Positions 34,826-43,594 of a DNA stretch of 62,843 nt are shown here, piece after piece (position 1 is the stretch's first letter; every line of letters begins with the position of its first letter). Where the stretch lies: contig JACRCU010000311.1 in the NCBI GenBank assembly GCA_016218865.1, positions 1 to 62,843 of the forward strand. Direction: 5' to 3'. The translations under genes were made by a program, and so were the position numbers. The stretch is from Deltaproteobacteria bacterium. GTDB taxonomy: Bacteria > Myxococcota_A > UBA9042. Below the pieces are notes generated by a model. The model searched no databases and was not told the DNA's origin. It saw only the letters and a program-made list of their open reading frames with translations.

Positions 34826-35008
34826 TTTGCACCCGGAACGGCCGGCTGCCTCGCTTCCACCGTACCGGCCGACACAAGCCTGCGTAGTTGTGCAGCATCA
34901 GACTCAGCGCGCGCCCAGGTCCCTCGGCATGCCGGGCGCGTCAACGCGGTGGTTTCGGCCTGATGCCGCTGCCTAGCGATTCCTTCCGCCGATAGAACAC
35001 GGAGCTCA

Positions 35009-36037
35009 ATGTCCGCACGTCGTCCCCGCATCGCCATCAACGGCTTTGGCCGCATCGGCCGTGCCGTCGCCCGCATCGCCGCCCTGGACCCCAACTGCCC
35101 GTTCGACCTGGTGGCCGCCAACGATCTGACCGACCCCGGCGCGCTGGCCTACCTGTTGCGCTACGACTCGGCCCACGGCCGCTTCCACGGCGACATCGCC
35201 TCGGACGGCAACACCCTGAAAGCCGGCCATCAGACGATTCAATTCGTCGCCCAGCCCGATCCCGCCAAGCTGCCCTGGGGCGAGCTTGGTGTCGACGTGG
35301 TCATCGAGTCGACGGGCAAGTTCCGCAAGCGCAGCGACGCCCAGAAGCACATCGCCGCCGGCGCCAAAAAGGTCATCCTCTCGGCTCCGGGCGAGACCAA
35401 GGACGAGGCGCCGGACCTGACCGTGATCCGCGGCATCAACTGCAACCTGCTCAAACCCGAGCACACCTTGATCTCGGCCGCATCCTGCACCACCACCTGC
35501 CTGGCGCCGATGGCCAAGGCCCTGCACCGGGCGGTGGGCATCGAGTCGGGCGTGATGTCGACCGTGCACGCCTACACCGCCGATCAGGTCCTGGTCGACA
35601 CACCGCACAAAAAGGAATGGCGCCGCGGCCGCACCGCCGCCGTCAACATCGTGCCGACCACCACCGGTGCCGCCAAGGCGATCGGCCTGGTGGTGCCCGA
35701 GCTGCAGGGCCGCTTGCACGGCGTGTCCCTGCGCGTGCCGGTGCAGGACGTGTCGCTGGTCGATCTGGTTTGCCAGGTCCGCCGCGACACCACCATCGAC
35801 GAAGTCAACCAGATCATGCGCACGGCCGCCGCGGCTTACCTGCCCGGCACCTTCCGCGTCGAGGACCAACTGGTCGTGTCGGGCGACCTGTTGGGCGACG
35901 GCACGGGCTCGGTGTTCGACCCGTCGCTGACCCACGTACAGAATGGCAAGCTGGTCAAGATCGTGGCGTGGTACGACAACGAGTGGGGCTATGCCTCGCG
36001 CCTGTACGCGCTGACCAGCTTCTACGCGTCGCTGTAG
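35009..36037 (+). CDS. gap: type I glyceraldehyde-3-phosphate dehydrogenase
   Basis: INGFGRIGR NAD-binding motif and active-site SAASCTTTCLAPM. Confidence 0.92.
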   Translation: MSARRPRIAINGFGRIGRAVARIAALDPNCPFDLVAANDLTDPGALAYLLRYDSAHGRFHGDIASDGNTLKAGHQTIQFVAQPDPAKLPWGELGVDVVIESTGKFRKRSDAQKHIAAGAKKVILSAPGETKDEAPDLTVIRGINCNLLKPEHTLISAASCTTTCLAPMAKALHRAVGIESGVMSTVHAYTADQVLVDTPHKKEWRRGRTAAVNIVPTTTGAAKAIGLVVPELQGRLHGVSLRVPVQDVSLVDLVCQVRRDTTIDEVNQIMRTAAAAYLPGTFRVEDQLVVSGDLLGDGTGSVFDPSLTHVQNGKLVKIVAWYDNEWGYASRLYALTSFYASL

Positions 36038-36359
36038 GCCGCGCCGGCCCTGGGAGCCTGTCGGGAAAATGCGATCTACGATATGCACTTCGAGTAGTAC
36101 TATATGATCTTATTGCATCCCGCCAGGCGCCTAGCCTGTTTCGTTTGTCCAACTGGCCGAGATTCGCCCGAAGCAAATTCAGGCGATTTCAGCCCGTTGC
36201 CACCGCGCACGGCGCGGCGTTGGGATTGTGCCGGGATTATCCGGACACGCTCCTAGGTGTGCCTGTTAGTTCTAGATTTTGGGGCCTGCGGGCCCTGCTC
36301 GGCGTGTCCCGCCGGCTGACCCTGTCCAGCCACGACGACCGCGCGATCCGCGAGGAGCC

Positions 36360-37604
36360 ATGGAAACTGCAACACTGCTCAAGTCCCTGAACATCATGTC
36401 GGTCCGCGATCTGCACCTGCAAAACAAGCGCGTGCTGCTGCGCGCCGACTTCAACGTGCCGCTCGACGACCAGGGCGTGATCGGCGACGACTCGCGGATT
36501 CGCGCCACCCTGCCGACTATCGAGCTGATCCGCAAGGCCGAAGCCCGCCTGATCCTGTGCTCGCACCTGGGCCGGCCCAAGGGCAAGAAGGGCCTCAAGT
36601 ACTCGCTCGAGGCCGTGGGTCGGCGGCTGGCCGAGCTCCTGAGCTGCGAGGTGATGGTGCCCGACGACTGCATCGGCGATGCGGCCATTCACCTCATCGC
36701 CAACCAGCGGCCGGGCCAGATCGTCCTGCTGGAGAACCTGCGCTACCACGAGGGTGAAGAGGCGAACAGCGAGGACTTTGCCCGTAAACTCGCCGATTTG
36801 TGCGACGTGTACATCTGCGACGCCTTTGGCTGCGTGCACCGCGCCCACGCCTCGGTGTCGGCCCTGCCCAAGCTGGTGCCGGTGCGCGGCGCGGGTCTGT
36901 TGCTGGAAAAAGAACTGGAAGTGCTGGGCAAGCTGATGTCGAGTCCCGAGGCACCCTACGTCGCGCTGCTCGGCGGCGCCAAGGTGTCCGACAAGATCGA
37001 GGTCATCGAGTCGCTGCTGCCGCTGGTGCAGGGCTTGGTGATCGGCGGCGCCATGGCCTACACGTTCCTCACGGCACAGGGCTTCGACATGGGCAAGTCC
37101 CTGGTCGAGAAGGATCACCTGGGTCTGGCCAAGCACCTGCTGGGCCGCTGCGACGAAAAGGGCCTGCCGGTGCTGCTCCCGGTCGACCACGTGGTCGTCA
37201 AGGAGATCAAGCCGGACGCCCCGTGGACGATCAAGAAGAACGGCGAGCTGGAGGCCGACGACATCGCGGTCGACATCGGCCCCGCGACGATCAAGCTGTT
37301 CGAGCAGCTGCTGGCCGGCACTCACCCGGCGCTGCCGCAGCCGCCGCGCACGGTGCTGTGGAACGGGCCGATGGGCGTGTTCGAGATGGACGCCTTTGCT
37401 GCCGGCACCATGGCGGTGGCGCAGGCGGTGGCCCACTCGACCGCCTACAGCGTGGTCGGCGGCGGCGACTCGGTGGCGGCCGTGCAGAAAGCCGGCGTGA
37501 CGCCTATGATTCGCCACATCTCGACCGGTGGCGGCGCCAGCCTGGAGTACCTGTCGGGTCAGCCGATGCCGGGTGTGCAAGCCCTGCGCGGCGGCCGTCG
37601 CTAA
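36360..37604 (+). CDS. pgk: phosphoglycerate kinase
   Basis: ATG 36360 comes directly after GAGGAG. RADFNVPLDD, SHLGRPKG and the C-terminal STGGGASLEYL are present. Confidence 0.92.
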   Translation: METATLLKSLNIMSVRDLHLQNKRVLLRADFNVPLDDQGVIGDDSRIRATLPTIELIRKAEARLILCSHLGRPKGKKGLKYSLEAVGRRLAELLSCEVMVPDDCIGDAAIHLIANQRPGQIVLLENLRYHEGEEANSEDFARKLADLCDVYICDAFGCVHRAHASVSALPKLVPVRGAGLLLEKELEVLGKLMSSPEAPYVALLGGAKVSDKIEVIESLLPLVQGLVIGGAMAYTFLTAQGFDMGKSLVEKDHLGLAKHLLGRCDEKGLPVLLPVDHVVVKEIKPDAPWTIKKNGELEADDIAVDIGPATIKLFEQLLAGTHPALPQPPRTVLWNGPMGVFEMDAFAAGTMAVAQAVAHSTAYSVVGGGDSVAAVQKAGVTPMIRHISTGGGASLEYLSGQPMPGVQALRGGRR

Positions 37605-37631
37605 CTTTGTTTGTCCCCACAAGGAGTTCTC

Positions 37632-38387
37632 ATGTCTCGCACCCCGATCGTCGGCGGCAACTGGAAGATGAACTTGACGCTCGGCGAGGCCGAAGCGCTG
37701 GCCAGCGAAGTCCGCCACCGCCTGGGCAGCTACCCGGGCGCGCAGACCGTGATCTTCCCGCCGTTCCCCTACTTGCAGGCCGCGGCCAGCCGCCTGGGCG
37801 ACAGCCCGATCGGCTTGGGTGCCCAGGACCTGTGGTACGAAGGCAAAGGTGCCTTCACCGGCGCCGTGTCGGCCACCATGCTCACTTCGGTGGGCTGCAA
37901 GTGGGTGCTGATCGGCCACAGCGAGCGGCGCCACGCCTTTGGCGAGAGCGACGAGGTCATCGCCAAGAAGCTGCGGGCGGCGCTGCACGCGGGCCTGAAG
38001 CCGGTGCTGTGCGTGGGCGAGACGCTGCAAGAACGCCAGGCGGGTCAAACGTTTGCGGTGTGCGGCCGGCAGCTGCGCACGGCGCTGTCGGGCCTGCCGC
38101 GCGCCGAGCTCGAGCACCTGGTGGTGGCCTACGAGCCGGTGTGGGCGATCGGCACCGGTCTGGTGGCCACGCCCGAGCAGGCCCAGGAAGTCCACGCCGA
38201 CATCCGCGAGCGGGTGGGCGATCTGCTGGGCATGGACTTTGCCGGCAAGCTGCGCATCCAGTACGGCGGCTCGGTCAAGTCGAGCACCGCGGCCGGCCTG
38301 ATGAGCCAGCCCGACGTCGACGGCTTGCTGGTGGGCGGCGCCTCGCTGCAGGCCGAAGAGTTTGCGGCCATCGTCCGCGCCAAGTAG
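37632..38387 (+). CDS. tpiA: triose-phosphate isomerase
   Basis: ATG 37632 follows AAGGAG. GGNWKMN, IGHSERR, AYEPVWAIGTG and YGGSV are present. Confidence 0.92.
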   Translation: MSRTPIVGGNWKMNLTLGEAEALASEVRHRLGSYPGAQTVIFPPFPYLQAAASRLGDSPIGLGAQDLWYEGKGAFTGAVSATMLTSVGCKWVLIGHSERRHAFGESDEVIAKKLRAALHAGLKPVLCVGETLQERQAGQTFAVCGRQLRTALSGLPRAELEHLVVAYEPVWAIGTGLVATPEQAQEVHADIRERVGDLLGMDFAGKLRIQYGGSVKSSTAAGLMSQPDVDGLLVGGASLQAEEFAAIVRAK

Positions 38388-38504
38388 CGCGGTGTGCCCA
38401 CGGGTGGCGCGACCCTTGAGGTTTTCGCCATAACCCTGTAAGGTTCGGCCCCCCGGGTGTCCGCCCAGCGGCTGCCCCTGGCCGGCAAAATTTGGAGAAT
38501 TCAA

Positions 38505-38978
38505 GTGCTTTACTCGCTCGCCGTCGCTTTGTACGTCATCGTGTGCTTGTTCCTAGTGGTCGTGGTGCTGCTGCAGCCGGGTCAGGTCGGTCGCCGCGGT
38601 GGTGGTGGCGGCGTGTTCGGCGCCGGCTCGTCTACGGGCTCGGTGTTCGGCGGCCGCGGTGCCTCGACGGTGCTGTCCAAGGCGACGACCATCGCCGCAG
38701 CCTCGTTCATGGTGCTGTCGATCGTCCTGGCGCGCGCCGGTTCGGACCGCTCGGCGGTAGAAGGCGCGGCCCAGAGCGTGCTGACCCCCAAGGCGGCCCC
38801 TGCCGGCAAGCCTGCCGAGAAAGCCCCTGAAAAGGCCGGCGACAACGCCGCTCCGGCCCCCGCCGCTCCGGCCCCGGCTCCGGCCGCCCCGGCTCCGGCC
38901 GCTCCGGCTCCGGCCGCTCCGGCTCCGGCCGCTCCGGCTCCCGCGGCTCCGGCTGCGCCCGCCCCGGCTGCTCCCTAA
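38505..38978 (+). CDS. secG: preprotein translocase subunit SecG with a long Ala/Pro-rich C-terminal tail
   Basis: GTG 38505 follows GGAGAA. The SecG-like core is VVVVLLQPG...GGGGVFGAGSSTGSVFGGRGA..LSK.T. It occupies the conserved position after tpiA. The tail is (AAPAP)n. Confidence 0.75.
   Translation: MLYSLAVALYVIVCLFLVVVVLLQPGQVGRRGGGGGVFGAGSSTGSVFGGRGASTVLSKATTIAAASFMVLSIVLARAGSDRSAVEGAAQSVLTPKAAPAGKPAEKAPEKAGDNAAPAPAAPAPAPAAPAPAAPAPAAPAPAAPAPAAPAAPAPAAP
38847..38975 (+). repeat. imperfect 15-bp tandem repeat (gctccggctccggcc) encoding the SecG Ala/Pro tail
   Basis: Identical units lie at 38901-38915 and 38916-38930. Variant units flank them. Confidence 0.8.
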
Positions 38979-39030
38979 GCGGTCTCCCCACTTACGGGCC
39001 GCGCGTGCCCCGGGCGGCCGCAAGGCTGCC

Positions 39031-39885
39031 ATGTCGCACCTTCAGCTTGTCAATTTGGCCCAGCTTGCCCACTTGGTCAGCGAGGCCTTCGCCGACCGCA
39101 ACCTCCTGCACGATCGCCGCCACGCCGACGCCGTCCTTGAGACGATCGGGCTGCTCGACCACGGTCAGCTGCGCGTGGCCGAGCCGATCGCCCAAGACGA
39201 CGGCTCGCTGCAGTGGCAGGTCAACGCCTGGGTCAAAGAGGCGATCCTGCTGTATTTCGCCATCTCGCCGCTGCGCCAGCTGGAGGCGGGTGCGCTGGAA
39301 TTCCACGACAAGATCCCGACCAAGCACAACCTGCTGGCCCAGGGCGTGCGCGTGGTGCCGCCCGGCGTGGCGCGCTACGGCAGCTTCCTGGAGCCCGGTG
39401 CAATCCTGATGCCGGGTTACGTCAACATCGGCGCGTACGTGGGCACCGGCACCATGGTCGACACGTGGGCCACGGTCGGCTCGTGCGCGCAGATCGGCAG
39501 GAACGTGCACTTGGCCGGCGGCGTGGGCATCGGCGGCGTGCTGGAGCCGCCCTCGGCGCGGCCGGTGATCATCGAAGACGGCTGCTTCGTCGGCTCGCGC
39601 GCCATCGTGGTCGAGGGCATGCACATCGAGCGCGAGGCGGTGATCGGCGCCGGCGTGGTCCTGACCTCGTCCACGGCGATCCTGGACGTGACCGGCCCCG
39701 AAGTGGTCGAGTACCGCGGCCGCATTCCGGCCCGCTCGGTGGTCATTCCGGGCACGCGGACCAAGCAATTTCCGGCGGGCGAGTACGGTGTGCCCTGTGC
39801 GCTGATCATCGGCCAGCGCAAGGCCTCGACCGACCTGAAGACCAGCCTCAATCAGGCCTTGCGCGATTACAGCGTCGCCGCCTGA
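39031..39885 (+). CDS. dapD: 2,3,4,5-tetrahydropyridine-2,6-dicarboxylate N-succinyltransferase
   Basis: Hexapeptide-repeat left-handed beta-helix (GAYVGTGTMVDTWATVGSCAQIGRNVHLAGGVGIGGVLEP) with a DapD-type N-terminal domain. Confidence 0.88.
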   Translation: MSHLQLVNLAQLAHLVSEAFADRNLLHDRRHADAVLETIGLLDHGQLRVAEPIAQDDGSLQWQVNAWVKEAILLYFAISPLRQLEAGALEFHDKIPTKHNLLAQGVRVVPPGVARYGSFLEPGAILMPGYVNIGAYVGTGTMVDTWATVGSCAQIGRNVHLAGGVGIGGVLEPPSARPVIIEDGCFVGSRAIVVEGMHIEREAVIGAGVVLTSSTAILDVTGPEVVEYRGRIPARSVVIPGTRTKQFPAGEYGVPCALIIGQRKASTDLKTSLNQALRDYSVAA

Positions 39886-40043
39886 GCCTGGTGAGGGCCC
39901 CGGTAACTACAAGTCGATCGCTGTGCCAATGGAGCGGTGCGACGAACCCGTTAGGGGGCGCGCACCCACGCTTACGTTTGGGTGCGACCCACCTAGCCGC
40001 AGTACAGGCCGGCGACAGAATCGACTTGATTGTGTTGCTGGCC

Positions 40044-41399
40044 TTACTTGGGCAAGATCCGCTCGAACGGCAGGTACGGCAGCAGCGCCTTGGGCATGGT
40101 GATCGAGCCATCGGCCTGCTGGTGGTTCTCGAGCACGGCGATGAGGCCGCGCGACAGGGCGATCGCCGTGCCGTTCAGGGTGTGGGCAAAGCGCGGCTTG
40201 CTGTCGGCGTCGGGCCGGTAGCGGATGTCGAGCCGGCGCGCTTGGAAGTCGGTGCAATTCGAGGTCGAGGTCACCTCGCCGTAGTCGCCGCGGCCGGGCA
40301 TCCAGGCCTCGATGTCGAACTTGCGGTAGGCCGGCGCCCCCAAATCGCCCGAGGCGATGTCGAGCACCCGGTACGGGATCTCCAGCGCCGTGAACAATTC
40401 CTCTTCGATCGCCAGCAGTTCTTCGTGGTGCTGGTTCGACACCGCGGTGTCGCCTTCGCAGAACACGAACATCTCGACCTTGGTGAACTGGTGCACGCGG
40501 TACAGGCCGCGCGACTCGCGACCGGCGGCGCCCGCCTCGGTGCGGAAGCAGTGCGAGATGCCGGCGATCTTGATGGGCAATTGCCCGGGCTCCAGCAGGT
40601 TGCCGGCGAGCATGCCGCCGATGGTGATCTCGGCGGTGCCCACCAGGCACAGGTCGTGGTTGGCCACGCTGTAGACCTGGGTCTCGGCGCCGCGCGGGTT
40701 GAAGCCGATGCCCTCCAGGATCGCCGGCTTGGCCAGGTCCGGCGTTACCACCGGCGAAAAGCCCTTCTTGACCAGCAGATCGATGGCAAAGCGCTGCAGT
40801 GCCAGATCCAGTAGCACCATCTCGTTCTTCAGGAAGTAGAACTTCTGCCCGGCCACCTTGGCGCCGGCCTCGAAATCGACCAGGTTCAGCTTTTCGGCCA
40901 GGACCACGTGGTCCTGCGGCTGGAAGTCGAAGGTGCGCGGCGTGCCGACCTTGCGCAGCACCCGGTGATCGTCGTCGGTGTTGCCGATCGGCACCTCGGG
41001 GTGGGTCAGGTTGGGCAGTTCCTTGGCCAGTCCGTCGAGTTTGCCGTCCAACTCAGCTACTTGCTGCTCCATCTCGGGCGCCAGCGACTTGATGCGGCGG
41101 CCGATGCCCACCAGCCACGGCCGGTCCTTGGCCTGGCAGTCGGTCGGCTCGAACACGCCCAGGGCAGGGCGCAACCACTCGGGGATCAAGGCGAAAAGCT
41201 GCAGATCGTCGATCTCGGGCTTGCCGGTCTGCTTGGCGATCAGGTTGCCGACCATGCGCAGCTCTTCCAGCCGCGTCAGCACCACGTTGCGGGCCTGGTA
41301 CGCCGACACGAGCCCCGGCACGTCGCCCTTGGCGTTGCGATTGACAATGTTTTTGGCGACTTCGTCGGCGTTGGCCACCACGAACTTGATGTCGAGCAT
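40044..41399 (-). CDS. serS: serine--tRNA ligase
   Basis: N-terminal coiled-coil arm. Class II motifs FRTEAG..GRESRGLYRVHQFTKVE and TLNGTAIA.SR. Confidence 0.92.
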   Translation of the reverse strand: MLDIKFVVANADEVAKNIVNRNAKGDVPGLVSAYQARNVVLTRLEELRMVGNLIAKQTGKPEIDDLQLFALIPEWLRPALGVFEPTDCQAKDRPWLVGIGRRIKSLAPEMEQQVAELDGKLDGLAKELPNLTHPEVPIGNTDDDHRVLRKVGTPRTFDFQPQDHVVLAEKLNLVDFEAGAKVAGQKFYFLKNEMVLLDLALQRFAIDLLVKKGFSPVVTPDLAKPAILEGIGFNPRGAETQVYSVANHDLCLVGTAEITIGGMLAGNLLEPGQLPIKIAGISHCFRTEAGAAGRESRGLYRVHQFTKVEMFVFCEGDTAVSNQHHEELLAIEEELFTALEIPYRVLDIASGDLGAPAYRKFDIEAWMPGRGDYGEVTSTSNCTDFQARRLDIRYRPDADSKPRFAHTLNGTAIALSRGLIAVLENHQQADGSITMPKALLPYLPFERILPK

Positions 41400-41532
41400 G
41401 CGGTCCTCGGGCGGGGCGCAGGGTGCGCTGCGGTACGGGCTTGCTGCGCTCCGGGCCGAGCCCAGCGCGCGGGTCGAAAAGTGTAGCAGGGTGTGCGCGG
41501 GCCTGCACCTGCCCGCCGTGGCGGGGCCGAAG

Positions 41533-42321
41533 CTACTGACCGAGCAGCGGCTGCAGCCAGCCCGAGACCTGGGCGCGCTGGTCCCACGAGGTCAGCCAGG
41601 CGGCGCCGCGCTCCGTGCCGCGGATGACCGTGCGCACATGCGCCAGACCGCGCGACAGCTCGTCGATGGCGTTGCCGGCGTCGTCCGGTCCCGCCAGCAG
41701 CACCCACTTCTTGGCGGCGTGGGCCTGCCAGGCGCGGTCGTCGAAGCCGTCGCGCCGGCCCAGCGGATCCAGCGCGACCACCGCCAGGACCCGAGGATCG
41801 GTGCTGACTTGCAGGGCCGCCTCGCCCGCGCGCCCGGCGCCCGCCAGCACCACCGGCCGGCCGTCGGCAGGCAGGGCCGCCAGCACCGCCTGCAGTTTGC
41901 CGTGCATCGCCGCGCGTTGGGCGGTGCGGTCCTGGCCTACCGGCGTGGGATCGGCGGCCAGCAGCACCACGGCGATGTCGCGATGCGTCCACAGGCTTTT
42001 GACCAACGGCCGCCACAGCTCGGGGTCGCCGCCGGCCTCGCTCGCCGCCACCAGCCACGCCGTGCCGCGCCGCTGCGGTTGCCAGACCTCGCCCCGCAGA
42101 GGACCGGCACTCCAGGGCGAACCCTCCACGAAATCCGCGGCTTTGCGCTCGACGAATGGCGGCTCGCCGGTGGGAGTGGCCGGTTCGGGCAGGGTCTCTG
42201 GTGTCAGGATGTGGTGCACCGGTTCGGGCGGCGGCGGCGCCGAGCCCTGCCAGAACCACACCACGGCGCCGACTGCGGCCAGCGCCCCCAAACCAATGCC
42301 TATGCGCTGCAGAGTCGTCAT
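41533..42321 (-). CDS. membrane-anchored hypothetical protein (possible alpha/beta fold)
   Basis: ATG 42321. N-terminal TM helix IGIGLGALAAVGAVVWFW. No catalytic motif was recognised. Confidence 0.5.
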   Translation of the reverse strand: MTTLQRIGIGLGALAAVGAVVWFWQGSAPPPPEPVHHILTPETLPEPATPTGEPPFVERKAADFVEGSPWSAGPLRGEVWQPQRRGTAWLVAASEAGGDPELWRPLVKSLWTHRDIAVVLLAADPTPVGQDRTAQRAAMHGKLQAVLAALPADGRPVVLAGAGRAGEAALQVSTDPRVLAVVALDPLGRRDGFDDRAWQAHAAKKWVLLAGPDDAGNAIDELSRGLAHVRTVIRGTERGAAWLTSWDQRAQVSGWLQPLLGQ

Positions 42322-42451
42322 GGGCACATCTTGGCGCCGAGGAGGTTCGGCATGCAACCGTTGGCCACCTGCAGGCATACGGACGTTTGGCCAAGGCGGC
42401 GGTCTTCTGGCAGACTGCAGAGAGCGCCGCCGCGCCAGACTGTGCAGACCC

Positions 42452-43399
42452 ATGGCCTTGTCCAGCTATGCCGCCCGCCATTTGCTCGTTGCCGCTGCGA
42501 TCGCCGCGGGCGCGGGCTGCGGGGCCGTGCCCGACAAGGCGGTCGCTGCCGACGTGGCAGTCGCCGACGCGTTCCCGGCCGATGCCGCTCCGGATGCGCC
42601 ACTGGCCGACGCCCAGGGCCAGGGCGACTTGGTCGCGGGCGACCTGAACGACCCCGCCGACGCTGCCCCGCTGGCCGACAGTGCCACCCAAGCCAGCGAT
42701 GCGGCCGATGCCACCGCCGATGTCACCGAAGTGTCGGATGCGGGCGCCGATGCGCTGCCCGACAGCGACGCGCCGACCGGCGATGCGGACGCGGCGGGCG
42801 AGACGGTGGATGCCGCGATCGATGCCGGGCCACAGGTCTGTTTTCACGTGGCACCGCCTGGGGCCGATGCTTGGGTGGCCGATGTGCCGGCTCCGGCAGC
42901 GGTTTGCGCTGAAGTCGCACCTCCCGAGTGGTTCGACGGCCAGCCTTTGCCGCCGCCGACCCTTGACCTCAAGGTGGGCTGGCGCGACGCGGCCGGAGCC
43001 TGGCATCCGTACAACAACGGCGATTGGGTGCCGTTGCTGACGGCCAACCAAGGGGGCTTCCATGTGGAGTTGGTGCCCGTAGCGACGGTCCCGGGCCAGA
43101 CCGCCGCCGCCCTGGGCCTGCAGTTGCAGTCGTTCACACTGTTTGGCTGCGAACAGATCGGCAACGCGGCCACCGCCATGAGCACCTTTGTGCAGACCAC
43201 CGGGCCCGAAGGCGAGTACACCCTGGACCCGGCCAAGCAAGTGTTCACCATCTTTGGCACGGGCATTGGAAATATTGATAAGTACTGCGGAATCTGGATT
43301 CACGTCTACTGGCGGGTTCGCGTCAAGGGCTCCAATCAGTGGGGCGAAGCCGTGCGCTTGTTGCGAACCTACAATTCGCTACCTGCGCCCAAGGGTTAG
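42452..43399 (+). CDS. lipoprotein with acidic D/A-rich linker
   Basis: ATG 42452. Lipobox AAGAGC. An ~85-aa Asp/Ala-rich linker is followed by a globular C-terminal domain. Confidence 0.6.
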   Translation: MALSSYAARHLLVAAAIAAGAGCGAVPDKAVAADVAVADAFPADAAPDAPLADAQGQGDLVAGDLNDPADAAPLADSATQASDAADATADVTEVSDAGADALPDSDAPTGDADAAGETVDAAIDAGPQVCFHVAPPGADAWVADVPAPAAVCAEVAPPEWFDGQPLPPPTLDLKVGWRDAAGAWHPYNNGDWVPLLTANQGGFHVELVPVATVPGQTAAALGLQLQSFTLFGCEQIGNAATAMSTFVQTTGPEGEYTLDPAKQVFTIFGTGIGNIDKYCGIWIHVYWRVRVKGSNQWGEAVRLLRTYNSLPAPKG

Positions 43400-43594
43400 T
43401 CCGCTGGCGGCGCTGCGCCGATGTGCGCGACCGGGAGCTGTCTGCGGCCGTGGTCGCCGTGCGCCGGGGCGATGGCAGTCAGGGGGCGGCAGCGTCTAAT
43501 TGCGGCATTCGCGACAGGAATTTGCAGTTGTCTCCCATTTGACACTGCAAGCGAGGGAATGGTACCGTTGCCGGGACCTCTCTGGGAGGAGATC

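Noticed and set aside
34344-34963. ORFs 34344..34898 (-) and 34643..34963 (+) in the 422-nt gap upstream of gap.
   Set aside because: Their composition is basic and Arg/Pro-rich, they have no start context, and they overlap the end of the preceding CDS. I treat the region as the gap promoter/leader, with a candidate TTGACG-N17-TATCCT.
38847-38975. Tandem repeats (here and at 48764-48895) considered as possible CRISPR arrays.
   Set aside because: The units are only 15 and 6 bp, they are contiguous without spacers, and they lie inside coding frames (SecG tail, lipoprotein tail). No cas genes are in the window.
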